Shown here one piece after another: positions 10,250 through 21,023 of a stretch of DNA of 64,000 nt. The stretch comes from an uncultured Actinomycetes bacterium. GTDB taxonomy: Bacteria > Actinomycetota > Thermoleophilia > RBG-16-64-13. Each line of letters begins with the position of its first letter. Within the stretch, counting starts at the first letter, position 1. Location: assembly GCA_963841735.1 (NCBI GenBank), contig CAWJDT010000004.1, forward strand, positions 383,395 through 447,394, in the 5' to 3' direction. The notes beneath the pieces were generated by a model. That model had not been told where the DNA came from and made no database searches. It saw only the letters and a program-made list of their open reading frames with translations. Both the position numbers and the translations under genes were made by a program.

Positions 10250-10258
10250 CGTCCGGCC

Positions 10259-11629
10259 CTACGCTTCGGCGGGGCGTCCGGTGCCGAGCGCGGCCTTCAC
10301 CGCGCCCGCCACCAGGGTGGCATATCTCTCCGTGACCTCCGTGGTAGGTCCCTCCACCATGACGCGGCACATGGTCTGGGTGCCTGAATAGCGCACCAGC
10401 ACCCGCCCCTCGCCGTTGAGCCCGGCCTCCGCCTGCCTGACCGCCTCCACTACCTCCGGCACCAAGTCCAGGTCCGGCTTCCGTACCACTTCGACGTTGA
10501 TCAGCTGCTGCGGGAACACGTCCATCAGTGCGGCCAGTTGGGACAAAGGCTTGCGTGCCTGCATCATGGCCGCCAGCAACTGGATGCCCGTGAGGATGCC
10601 GTCGCCCGTAGTCTGGTGGTCGAGAAATATCGCGTGGCCCGACTGTTCACCACCCAGCACTCCTCCCAGGCGCAGCATATCTTCGAGCACGTAGCGGTCT
10701 CCCACTTTGGCCGCATGGTTGCTGAATCCGAACCTCTTGCAGGCAGAGCTGAAACCCATGTTGCTCATGACCGTCGAAACCACCAGGTCGTCCTTCAGCC
10801 GCCCCTGTGCTTTGAGCATTCTGGCGCACGTGATGAGCAACTGGTCGCCTGTGACCTCCACCCCCTTCTCATCTACCGCGATGAGCCGGTCACCGTCGCC
10901 GTCGAACGCCAGCCCCGCCGCGGCGCCGCTCTGCACCACCGCTCTGCTCAAATCGCCGGTATGCTGCGACCCACAACCCTCGTTGATGTTGACGCCGTTC
11001 GGCATGTTATGGATCACGGTCACGTCGGCTCCCAGCTCGCCGAAGACCGCGGGTGCGGCCTCATAGGTAGCACCGTTCGCCGTGTCCAGCACTATCTTCA
11101 GTCCACCCAACGAGACAGACGTTGGAAGAGTGCTCTTGAGAAATTCGATATAGCGCCTCTCAACTCCCTCCGGCCGGACAAGACGGCCCATATCCCCGGC
11201 GAACGGCGCCCACTCCGCCAACCTTCCCCCCAGAACCAGCTCCTCCACCCGCTCTTCCTGCTCGTCCGACAGCTTGAAGCCCGCACCGGTAAAGACCTTG
11301 AGGCCATTGTCCTGAAAGGGGTTGTGCGACGCGGTGATCATCACTCCCGCGTCGGCCTGCAGGTCCCTGGTCAAGAAAGCGACCGCGGGAGTAGGCACAA
11401 CATCTACCGGCCACACCTCTCCGCCCATCGAAATGACACCCGCGGTGAAAGCGCTTTCGAGCATGTGTCCCGAAAGACGCGTGTCTTTGCCCACGAGCAC
11501 GCGGGGAGTGCGCCCCGGTGTCCGCAGTATCAGCGTCACAGCTTGGCCTACGGCCAGAGCCGTGACCGCGTCCAATGGATAGCGATTGGCCTCGCCCCGT
11601 ATGCCGTCTGTGCCGAACAGCTTGCCCAA
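10259..11629 (-). CDS. glmM: Phosphoglucosamine mutase
   Basis: LFGTDGIRG, GKDTRLSG, TASHNP, FDGDGDR, VGDRYV, GGEQSGH, VRYSGT. Confidence 0.95.
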   Translation of the reverse strand: MGKLFGTDGIRGEANRYPLDAVTALAVGQAVTLILRTPGRTPRVLVGKDTRLSGHMLESAFTAGVISMGGEVWPVDVVPTPAVAFLTRDLQADAGVMITASHNPFQDNGLKVFTGAGFKLSDEQEERVEELVLGGRLAEWAPFAGDMGRLVRPEGVERRYIEFLKSTLPTSVSLGGLKIVLDTANGATYEAAPAVFGELGADVTVIHNMPNGVNINEGCGSQHTGDLSRAVVQSGAAAGLAFDGDGDRLIAVDEKGVEVTGDQLLITCARMLKAQGRLKDDLVVSTVMSNMGFSSACKRFGFSNHAAKVGDRYVLEDMLRLGGVLGGEQSGHAIFLDHQTTGDGILTGIQLLAAMMQARKPLSQLAALMDVFPQQLINVEVVRKPDLDLVPEVVEAVRQAEAGLNGEGRVLVRYSGTQTMCRVMVEGPTTEVTERYATLVAGAVKAALGTGRPAEA

Positions 11630-11644
11630 GTCTTTCTCCTTACG

Positions 11645-12883
11645 CTAGGGCTTGCCGCCCTGAGTCTGTCTGCCAAAGAGGTCCATTGCAGCCAGCATTC
11701 CGCCGACTTCGGTGCACGCCCCGTCTACGACGTCCTGCAGCCACCGCGTGCCTCGGGCGGGGAGATCCCCTCTGAGGCCCTGGATGGTCTGGATGTAGTC
11801 ACCAAGCTCGGCGCAGTCGGGCACTTGAAGTCCGGCCACGAATGCCTCCCCCTCGGGGTCAGGCATCGGCGCCACCCGATCAAACACCGCGCATATATCG
11901 CCCACCCGCTCGCGGAACTCCCGGCCCGCCGCCTCACCATCCGGGACTTTCCCGGCCATCTCTTGGAGCCGGCTTGCCCGTTCACCCCTGGCCTGCGCCA
12001 AGACCCCGAGGGCCGCCTCGTAGATGAGCTCCCCCATCTCCTGCCGGGCAAAAAAGGGCCGCCTCACCCAGCGATACCAGGCCTCCAGCGCCCTCAGATT
12101 GGCGAGATAGAGCACGTTGTTGCGCACCACTTGAGTCAGATTGCGGTAGGCATACGCCCGATATTCCCGCTGCAGCTCCCCTGTCGGCGCAGCCAGCACC
12201 AACCGACCGTCCTCGACCACATCCTTGCGCAGTACCGACCCCGCGGCCACCACGGTGCCGTAGCCCACCCGCACCGGCCCTACCGCGCCGCCCTGACCGC
12301 CAAGAAAGATGGGCGACCGATTGAGCATCACTCCTCGGGTCACATCGCCAAAGAGCGAGGCAGTGGCCTTGTCACCGTCGGGCGTGTAGTTGAAGTGCAC
12401 GTACGAGCTACCCACTTCGCTGTGGTCTTTGCGGCTGGTGCCCCCGGCCATCAGGCAGTCGCAGAAGTTCACAAGACTGCCGAGCGTCACAAACGGAAAG
12501 AGGATGGTCTGCTTGAGGCCGACGCAATGGGCCCCCCCGGCCTCCTCTTCAACCAGACAGCCCTCGCGCACGTGGGCCTGAGGGCCCATGCCGGACTTCT
12601 CGAGAAAGACTGAACGCCTAAAACAGCCGCCCCTCAATTCCACCTCGCGGCCAAGGGCGCAGTCGTCGATGGTCACCGGACCGTCGGCTCCCAAACGGAC
12701 ACCGGCGGAGATCACCGTCTTCGCCCCATAGACGCGGCAGCCCGGGTAGATGACCACCCCGTCGCCAGCGATACGGTCGACGTCGACCTCGTCCCCGATG
12801 TCGATACTCAAGGGATTGGGGACCTTGACCCCTTTATCTAGCAGCCGGGCGACCTTCTCCTGGCAACGTGGTTGCAGATCCAT
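11645..12883 (-). CDS. GlmU C-terminal-like left-handed beta-helix protein lacking the uridylyltransferase domain
   Basis: Starts at the GlmU linker-like LLDKGVKVPNP.SIDIG; hexapeptide repeats; HFNY..DG.K; no GxGTR NTP-transferase motif. Confidence 0.7.
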   Translation of the reverse strand: MDLQPRCQEKVARLLDKGVKVPNPLSIDIGDEVDVDRIAGDGVVIYPGCRVYGAKTVISAGVRLGADGPVTIDDCALGREVELRGGCFRRSVFLEKSGMGPQAHVREGCLVEEEAGGAHCVGLKQTILFPFVTLGSLVNFCDCLMAGGTSRKDHSEVGSSYVHFNYTPDGDKATASLFGDVTRGVMLNRSPIFLGGQGGAVGPVRVGYGTVVAAGSVLRKDVVEDGRLVLAAPTGELQREYRAYAYRNLTQVVRNNVLYLANLRALEAWYRWVRRPFFARQEMGELIYEAALGVLAQARGERASRLQEMAGKVPDGEAAGREFRERVGDICAVFDRVAPMPDPEGEAFVAGLQVPDCAELGDYIQTIQGLRGDLPARGTRWLQDVVDGACTEVGGMLAAMDLFGRQTQGGKP

Positions 12884-12976
12884 ACCCGCTCCTCCGCTCT
12901 TGGGACCCGAGCAAGAGTCACTCACGGCGTGAATCTTGTCAAGCTCCCCGATCACATGGACTGTACAATCTGCACC

Positions 12977-13879
12977 ATGGCCGCCGAATCAAAGAGAGCC
13001 GTCATCGCCGCGATAATCGGGAATGCGGCTATCGCCGCCATCAAGTTCGTGGCCGGCGCCATGACCGGCAGCTCGGCCATGATCTCTGAAGGCATCCACT
13101 CCCTGGTCGACACTGGCAATGGTGGTCTGCTCTTCCACGGCCTCCGCCGCGGCGCTCGACCACCCGACGGCGCACACCCGTTCGGCCACGGCATGGAGCA
13201 GTACTTCTGGAGCCTCATCGTGGCTGTGAGCATCTTCGGCATAGGTGGAGGACTCTCTATCTACGAGGGCGTAGCCCACATCCAGCACCCGTCGCCTCTC
13301 GAGAGTCCCGTCATCAACTACATAGTGCTCGCCGCCGCGGTGGTGTTCGAGTCGCTCTCCTTCAGCGTCGCCTGGAAGGCCTTCAGCAAGCACAAGAAGG
13401 GAAGGCGTACGTTCTCTGCCATCCATCACGGCAAAGACCCCAGCCTCTTCACAGTGCTATTTGAAGACACCGCCGCTCTCCTTGGCTTGGTGGTCGCGTT
13501 CCTGGGAGTCTTCTTCAGCCATCTGTTCGACTCCCCTGCGATAGACGGTGCCGCCTCGGTGGTCATCGGCGTGATCCTCATATGCGCCGCCCTTTGGCTG
13601 GCCCGCGAAAGCCGCAGCCTACTAGTGGGAGAGGCGGCCGACCCCCAGTTGGTAGCCGCCGTGCGAGAGATCGCTCTGGCAGATCCAGCTGTCATAGGCC
13701 TGGGATCTGTGCTGACCATGCATCTGGGCCCCGAAGAGGTTCTGCTCAACATCGAGGTACAGTTCACGCCCGGCCTGCCGGTGGAAGGGGTCCATACGGC
13801 CATTCACCGCATCGAGGCCGCGATCGCCAAGTCGTTCCCGGAGGTCACCCGCATCTTCACCGAGGTACACGCCGAGTAG
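12977..13879 (+). CDS. Cation diffusion facilitator transporter
   Basis: SEGIHSLVD, HPFGHG, FEDTAALLG, transmembrane helices, TMHLGP C-terminal domain. Confidence 0.92.
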   Translation: MAAESKRAVIAAIIGNAAIAAIKFVAGAMTGSSAMISEGIHSLVDTGNGGLLFHGLRRGARPPDGAHPFGHGMEQYFWSLIVAVSIFGIGGGLSIYEGVAHIQHPSPLESPVINYIVLAAAVVFESLSFSVAWKAFSKHKKGRRTFSAIHHGKDPSLFTVLFEDTAALLGLVVAFLGVFFSHLFDSPAIDGAASVVIGVILICAALWLARESRSLLVGEAADPQLVAAVREIALADPAVIGLGSVLTMHLGPEEVLLNIEVQFTPGLPVEGVHTAIHRIEAAIAKSFPEVTRIFTEVHAE

Positions 13880-13955
13880 CCAGAGAGTGCGTACGCGTTT
13901 CCGCGAAGCACTGCGAGTACGCAACGCTTCGCTCCAGCGCGCACGCACTCTCTGG
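13880..13955 (-). repeat. REP-like extended hairpin, copy A
   Basis: 18-bp outer stem; core GGAGCGAAGC..TGCG-TACT-CGCA.GTGCTTCGCG on the minus strand. Confidence 0.7.
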
Positions 13956-14039
13956 GCGCCCTACAGCTACGGAAAATTCACGCATCCTTCTGGTGGCCCG
14001 GGAGCATAGACGTCAGGATTCCCCCATCAGCGCAGTCTC

Positions 14040-14117
14040 ACCGAGGGGACACGGGGGTAGGAGCGAAGCTTTGCGGTACTCCGTTGTGCTTCGCGTAAAC
14101 CCCTGTGTCCCCTCGGT
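14040..14117 (+). repeat. REP-like extended hairpin, copy B
   Basis: 19-bp outer stem; core GTAGGAGCGAAGC..GCGG-TACT-CCGT.GTGCTTCGCG. Confidence 0.7.
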
Positions 14118-14129
14118 CACTGAGTGCGG

Positions 14130-16163
14130 CTAGCAGGCTTCGTCCAGCGCCTCAGCGAACTGGCTGCTGTACAGGTCATAGTAGAAGCCGCCTTTGCACA
14201 GCAGCTCATGGTGCGTACCCTGCTCGACGATAGCCCCCTCGTTCATCACCAGGATGACATCGGCGTCGCGGATGGTGGACAGCCGGTGCGCGATGACAAA
14301 GCTCGTGCGTCCCTTGAGTAGCTTCGCCATGGCCCGCTGGATGAGAACCTCGGTACGCGTATCCACCGAACTCGTTGCTTCATCCAAGATGAGGATCTGC
14401 GGATCGGCCAAGAACGCCCGGGCGATGGTAAGAAGCTGCCTCTCCCCCTGAGAGATGTTGGTGGAGTCGTCCTCAACCTTCGTGTCATAGCCGTCGGGCA
14501 GAACCCGCACGAAATGGTCTGCGTGGGCCGCCTCGGCAGCCGCTGCGATCTCCTCCTTGGTGGCATTCTCCCGCCCGTAGGCGATGTTCTCCCGTATGGT
14601 GCCGGAGAACAGCCAGGCGTCCTGGAGCACCATGCCGAACAGCCTCCGGAGGTCATCGCGGGCCATGGCGCGAGTGTCCACGCCGTCGATCTCGATACTG
14701 CCCTCATCAAGCTCATAGAAGCGCATCAGCAAGTTGACCAGGGTGGTCTTGCCCGCACCGGTCGGGCCCACGATGGCCACCGTCTGCCCAGGGAGGACCT
14801 CCAGGTTGAGCTTGTCGATGAGCGGTGTTTCGGGCAGATAGCGGAACGAGACGTCCCGCAGCACGATACGCCCGGTCGACTCCTTGAGCACCACAGGCTG
14901 AGCCGGGTCGGCCGACTCCTCCTCTTCGTCGAGCATCTCGAACACCCGCTCAGCAGAGGCCACCGCCGACTGCATGACGTTGGCAACGCTGGCGACCTGA
15001 GAGATGGGCTGGCCGAACTGCTGGGTGTACTGGATGAAGGCGAACACGTCGCCCAACGACATCGTACCGCTCGCCACCCGCAGGCCGCCCAGACACGCAG
15101 ACGGCCACGTAGTTGAGGTTCGATACGAAGAAAGTGGCCGGCATGATGATGCCCGAGATGAACTGCGCCTTGAAGCTGGCCTCGTACAGGCCGGCGTTCT
15201 GCTTGTCGAAGATGGTGATCGCCTCTTTTTGACGACCAAAGATCTTCACGATGTTGTGCCCCGTGAACATCTCTTCCACGTGGCCGTTCAGATCACCAGT
15301 CCGTTCCCACTGCCGCGCGAACTGCTTCTGCGAGCGCTTCGCGATGACCATGGCCAGCGCCGCGGAGACCGGCACGACGACCAGCGAGATAAGCGCAAGC
15401 AGAGGGCTGATCCAGAACATCATGGCCAGCACACCTATCAGCGTGAGAATGCTACCTGATGATCTGGGTGAGCACCTGTTGCATGCGTCTGCTGGATGTT
15501 GTCGATGTCGTTGGTCAGCCGGCTCAGGATGTCGCCGCGGGCGTGACTGTCGAAGTACTTCAGCGGCAGACGTGCGATCTTCTGTCGACGTCACGCCGCA
15601 GCCTGTAGACCGTGCGCTGCACGACGCCGGCCATGAGAAAGCCCTGCATCCACGAAAGCAGCGCGCTGAGTAGGTAGATCGCGCTGACGATCAACAGGAC
15701 CTTGTTCACGGAGGCGAAGTCCACTCCCTGGCCGGGCCGCAGATCCATTCCGGCCAGCATCTTCGCCCTGTCGGTCTGGCCGGCCGCCTCCAACTGCGCG
15801 ATTATCTGCTCTTTGGTCCAGTCACCCTCCGGAAGGCCAAGAGCTTTGACCTGAGCGTTGATCTCTCGGCTCATGGCTCCTGCGAAGATGTCGTTGGTAG
15901 CACGGACCATGATCTTCGGGGCCGCCGATCTGGCAGATCAGTGCTGACAAGCGCCAGCAGGATGACCACGATGATCGAGCGTCCGCTCGAGACGCAGCGT
16001 CCGCACCAGGCGCTTGAACGAGCCCTTGAAGTTCTTGGCCTTCTCGCCCGTCCCGATCAGCCCGGGAGGACCAGGGGTCTGCTGCGCTCCGCCTGGGCCC
16101 TGCGGGCGCGCCTCGCCGCCGTCGGTGCCTCCCGCTCTCCGACGCTCTCCGGCGCCCGCTCAT
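14130..16163 (-). CDS. Heterodimeric ABC exporter subunit B (TMD+NBD), frameshifted
   Basis: [35 protein letters not shown]; TMD pieces in adjacent frames. Confidence 0.88.
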
Positions 16164-17906
16164 GCCGCTTCCTCCGCCGACAACTGCGAGTACACGATCT
16201 CTTGGTAGGTCTCGCAGGTCTTCATGAGCTCCTCATGCGTGCCCAGGCCCACGATGGTGCCCTCGTCGAGCACGATGATCTGCTCGGCGTGCATGATGCT
16301 GCTGACCCGCTGAGCCACTACAAGCACGGTGGCGTCGGTGATCTCGCGCTTGAGAGCCGCGCGGAGCAACGAGTCGGTCTTGAAGTCGAGAGCGAGACAG
16401 ACTGTCGTCGAAGACGTAGACGCTCGCCTTCTTCACGAGAGCGCGGGCGATGGCGAGCCGCTGTCGCTGGCCCCCCGACACGTTCGTGCCTCCCTGCATG
16501 ATGGGTTCCTCCAAGCCGTCCGGCATGGCCTCGACGAACTCCTTGCCCTGGGCGATCGCGAGCGCGCGCCAGAGATCTTCGTCGGTGGCCGTCTCGTCGC
16601 CGTAGCGTAGGTTGCTCGGCGACCGTGCCCGAGAACAGGAAGGCCTTCTGCGGCACGAAGCCTATGTGCTTCCACAGATCGCGCCCGCTCCATCTCCCGG
16701 ATGTCGACCCCGTCGATGGTTATGGAGCCGGAGGTGACGTCGTAGAGACGGGGGATGAGACTGATGAGCGTGGACTTGCCGCTGCCCGTGCTCCCGACGA
16801 TGGCCGTGGTCTGCCCAGGTCGTGCCGTGAAGGAGATGTTGGTGAGCACCGCCTCCTCAGCGCCCGGATAGCGGAACTCCACGTCCTTGAACTCCACGAC
16901 CCCTCTCGCACCACCGTCGGAACTGGGAATCGGTACGGGGCTCTTCGCGATCGCCGATGCTGGGCTCCACGTCGAGCACTTCCTGGACGCGTGTGGCCGA
17001 TGCCGCCGCCCTAGGGATGAACGAGGCCAGCATCGACGCCATCAGCATCGAGAAGAGGATCTGCATGACGTACATGATGAAGGCGGTGAGATTGCCGATG
17101 GGCATCTCCAGGCTGTCCACCCGCATAGCCCCGTACCACATGATGGCGACGGTGGAGAAGTTCATGATGCCGAAGAGCACCGGGAACATGATCGCGAAGA
17201 GGCGCATGACCTTCAGCCCCACGTCGGTCAGGTCCTGGTTGGCCTCCTCGAAACGCCGCGCTTCATAGTCGGTCCGGGCGAAAGCCCTGATGACACGCAC
17301 CCCGCTCAGGCTCTCGCGCATGACCTGGTTGATGCGGTCGATCTTCTTCTGCATGGAGCGGAACAACGGGAGGGCGCGCCACAGGATCAGCCCAAGGACC
17401 GCGATCATCACCGGCAGGATGACGGCCAGCGTCAACGACAGAGGCGCGTCCTGGCGCAGGGCCAGGATGAGTGCCCCGACGAGCATCATGGGCGCGAAGA
17501 TCATCAAGCGAGAGCCGATGGCGACTACCATCTGGATCTGCTGCACGTCGTTGGTGCCGCGCGTGATGAGGGACGGCGTGCCGAAACGGTTGATCTCGCC
17601 CTGGGAGAAGCTCTCCACCTTGCGGAAGAGCGCGCTTCGCACGTCGCGACCGAAGGCCATCGCCGCTTTCGCCCCCAGGTACGCCGCGACGATGGTGCAG
17701 ATGATCTGCAGCAGCGTCACCCCGAGCATGTAGCCGCCCACCCGCCAGATGTAACCGGTGTCGCCCGTGGCAACGCCCTTGTTGATGATGTCGGCGTTGA
17801 GAGTCGGCAGATAGAGGGTGGTGACGGCCCGCACAAGGACCAGGAAGAAGACCACCGCGATCGATTTCCAGTATGGCTTGAGATAAGGGCCGAGAAGCCG
17901 CTTCAT
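16160..17906 (-). CDS. Heterodimeric ABC exporter subunit A (degenerate NBD), frameshifted
   Basis: GSTGSGKST, NVSGGQRQR, YVFDDS, VAQR. Confidence 0.88.
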
Positions 17907-18429
17907 CGACTCGAATCCTCCGTCTGGGTTTTGCCCTGCGATTCCTCGTCCAGCACTTCCTGCGTTCGCGCGGCAAGCTCGCCGAGAATGCGCTCCAACT
18001 CCAGTCGGTCGGCTTCGGAGAGCGCCCCGATCGTCCGATTGACGTAGCTCTCGAGGACGGCGCGCTGCTCTCTTCTCGCGCGCTCGGCCCGCGGGCGTCA
18101 CGAAGATCCGAGTGAGTCGCCGATCATCGTCGTCGGCGCTGCGTCATCACCGCACCGGCCTTCTCCAGCGAACGCACCAACGCGCTCACCCGTGGAGGCT
18201 GACAGATGAAGAATGGCGGTCAATTCCCGCTGGCTGACGCCCTCGTTTCTGCAGAGCAGCGGAAGAGCGAAAGCCTCACCGTGCTGGATGCCCCGCTGAG
18301 CCGAATATCCGACCCATGGCGAGACGATTGAGATGCAGGGCCCTGCCCAACGCGTGGAACACACGAGCCGTCACCGGGTCGACGTTCTCGAACTCCGGCC
18401 TCGGCGGCTTGGGATTCTGGCATGGTCAT
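17903..18429 (-). CDS. MarR-family regulator, frameshifted
   Basis: GVSQRELTAILHLS wHTH, D.RLTRIFVTPAG; stop overlaps the ABC ATG. Confidence 0.75.
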
Positions 18430-18514
18430 TCTCAAGTATCACGTTCTAATAAGCGTCCTCTACTAACGGGATCAAGGCGCATGGCCACAGAGGGCCATCC
18501 TTGACTCGTGTTGC

Positions 18515-18550
18515 GCAAAATAGTTTTGCACGAAACGATTTCCCTGTCAA
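18515..18550 (-). promoter_or_regulatory. Probable MarR operator and -35 box
   Basis: ATAGTTT-tgcacg-AAACGAT imperfect palindrome (18520-18539) next to TTGACA on the minus strand. Confidence 0.5.
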
Positions 18551-18610
18551 GTGGTCGCTGAGCTGTGCCTCACGGTTGACGACTCGACGCCCAGCCGATA
18601 CAGTCCTCGC

Positions 18611-20402
18611 ATGGATTCATCGATACACGCCCGCTCCGCGGACGCTGAGTGGAACAGACTGAGAACTGAGGCAGCCTCCCTCTACGAACAGGGGGAGTAC
18701 GACCGGGCTTTCGGCGGTGGCGGAGCAGGCGGCCGCGGCGGCGGAAGCCGACTTTGGCCCCGAGGATCACGCGGCTTGCCGACAGCTTGGGCGACCTGGC
18801 CGTCATCGCCGAGGATCGCGGGCGGTACGCCGCGGCGGAGTCCTCCCTACAGCGCGCCCTGGCCATCAGAGAGCAAGCCCTTCCGCCCGGTCATCCCGAC
18901 CTGACGCTCAGCCTGGACAACCTTGCCAGCATGCAGTCGCTTTTGGGACAACATGCGGAAGCAGGCCGCCTATACCAGCGCTCGCTTGAGATCCAGGAAC
19001 GACTCTGCGGCTCCGACCACCTCACGGTCGCGCGGGTGCTGGACTCCCTTGCCGAAGCCCGTGCAGCCCTACGCGCCTACTCTGAGGCCGAGCAGTTGCA
19101 TCAACGAGCTCTGGCCATCCGCGAGAAGGCTTTCGGTCCCGAGCACCATCGGGTCGCTACCAGTCTGGACCACCTAGCCCGGCTCAGCCTTCTGCAGGGA
19201 GATCTCGACCGGGCCCAATGGCTCAGCGAGCGAAGCCTTGCTATTCGTGAGCAATCACTGGGTCCCGGCAACCCACAAGTCGCCGACAGCCTGGACGGTC
19301 TTGCCGCGGTCTTGCGCGCCCAAGGCAAAGCCGCCGAAGCTGAGACGGCCCTGCGGCGGGCTCTTGCGCTCAGAGAAGCAGACCCTCGGCGACGCGATGC
19401 ATCCGTGGCCGCCGCTCTCTACGACCTCGCCATACTTTCTCCACCAGGAAGGCAGGCTGGCTTTGGCCGAACCGCTCTATCGAGCAGGCGCTGTCTGCTC
19501 GGAGAGAAGGCTCATGGCCCCGACCATCCGTCGTGTCGCCGAGACTCTGGCCGCATTGGCGCGGCTACGAGCCGCGGAGGGTAGATATGACGAGGCCCAC
19601 CCGCTCTGCCGGAGGGCCCTTGCCATCCGAGAAGCGGCCTACGGGCCCGAACACGCCTTGGTCGCGACCGCTGCCGCGGAACTCGCCGATTGCCTTCGGG
19701 CCCACGACCGCTACGCCGAAGCCGAACCTCTCTACGAGCAGGCCCTCGAAGTGCGGCGCAAAGTGCTCGGCCCAGATCACCCGGACGTGGCCGTCAACCT
19801 GGCCAATCTGGCTGAGTTGTACTACGTCCAGGGCAAGTACGAGCAGGCCGAGACCATGTACGAGCAGGCCCTTGCTCTGGGCGAGACCGCCCTGGGCCCG
19901 GAGCATCCGCAGATCGCCCAAATGCTGAACAATCTTGCGGTCTTGCTCTCGGTGCAGGGCCGGTATCAGGAGGCGGAGCCTCTCTACGATCGTTCGCTGG
20001 CCATCCGGGAGAAGGTCCTTGGGCCCGACCATCCCGACGTAGCCGCCAGCCTGGGCAATCTCGCTGTCATGTACGACGACCAGACCCGCTACGAGAAATC
20101 CGAGCCGCTTCACCGCCGGGCCCTGGCGATACGCGAGACCGCTCTGGGACCCGCCACCACCTGGTCGCCACCAGTCTGCAGAACCTTGCCGAGGTGTATC
20201 TCGCCCAGCGCAGAAACGCCGAGGCCGAGCCGCTCTTCGACCGAGCCCTTGCCATCACCGAGACCACGCTGGGCGCGCAGCATCCCGACTGTGGCCCTCA
20301 TCCTCGAAGACCTGGCGCTCATCTACAGAGAGACCGAGCGCCCAGACCAGGCGGCAGACCGCCGAAGACAGGGCTGAGGAGATCCGAGCCGCCGAGCGCT
20401 AG
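18611..20402 (+). CDS. Tetratricopeptide repeat protein (42-aa kinesin-light-chain-type repeats), frameshifted
   Basis: Repeated AL.IRE..LGP.HP.VA.SL.NLA. Confidence 0.85.
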
Positions 20403-20455
20403 ACACCCGGCGCGGCCCGTCCGGGCCGCCATCCCACGGAGTCCGAGCCACCGCC

Positions 20456-21021
20456 CTACTCGAAGGCGACCAGCAACTGACCGCGCTCGGCCTGGTCTCC
20501 CTTCTTCACAAGCACGGCCGCGACCGTCGCCTTCTTGGTGGCGTGCAGCTCGTTCTCCATCTTCATGGCCTCAAGGATGAGCACCAGATCGCCTTCGGCC
20601 ACCGTGTCGCCCACCTTGACCCGCACGTCGACGATCTTGCCCGGCACCGGAGCCCAGATGCCGTCCTTGACCTCTTCCGGAGCCGCGACGGATGGCAGCC
20701 GTCGTGCCGGCGTCGCCGTCGCCGGCAGCGGGCGCCGCTCCGGCGGCCGCCGCGGCGGCCTCGCCTGCCGGCCCCCTTGGTCACGCCGGTCACCGTCACG
20801 GGGATGCGCTCACCCGCCAGCTCGAGGACCGCGATGCCCGTGTCGGTGCAGTCGTCGACCGTGCGGATCTCGTAGGTGGTGTCGCCCACCTGCACCATCC
20901 TGCGATCGGTCCCGGGGTTGCTCACCTTGGCCGCGAAGGTCTCGCCGTCGAGGACCACCGTCCCGTCGGCCCTCGCCTCCACCTGGTGCTCTTTGCTGTC
21001 GATGTTGATCTTGAACTTCAC
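20456..21021 (-). CDS. Biotin carboxyl carrier protein (1.3S-like), frameshifted
   Basis: PVPGKI, LEAMKMENE biotinylation motif, Ala/Pro linker. Confidence 0.88.
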
Positions 21022-21023
21022 CG

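Noticed and set aside
10538-12613. 691-aa plus-strand ORF and other long antisense ORFs
   Set aside because: They are shadows of glmM, glmU-like and other genes, caused by high-GC codon bias.
9250-14132. Hairpins after TAG stops as PYLIS/SECIS read-through signals
   Set aside because: The CDF and ABC proteins appear complete at these stops, TAG is a common stop in this window, and wobble pairs favour the antisense strand.
18611-20402. Periodic repeats as a CRISPR array or DGR
   Set aside because: They are degenerate coding TPR repeats; no CRISPR array, cas gene or reverse transcriptase was seen in the window.
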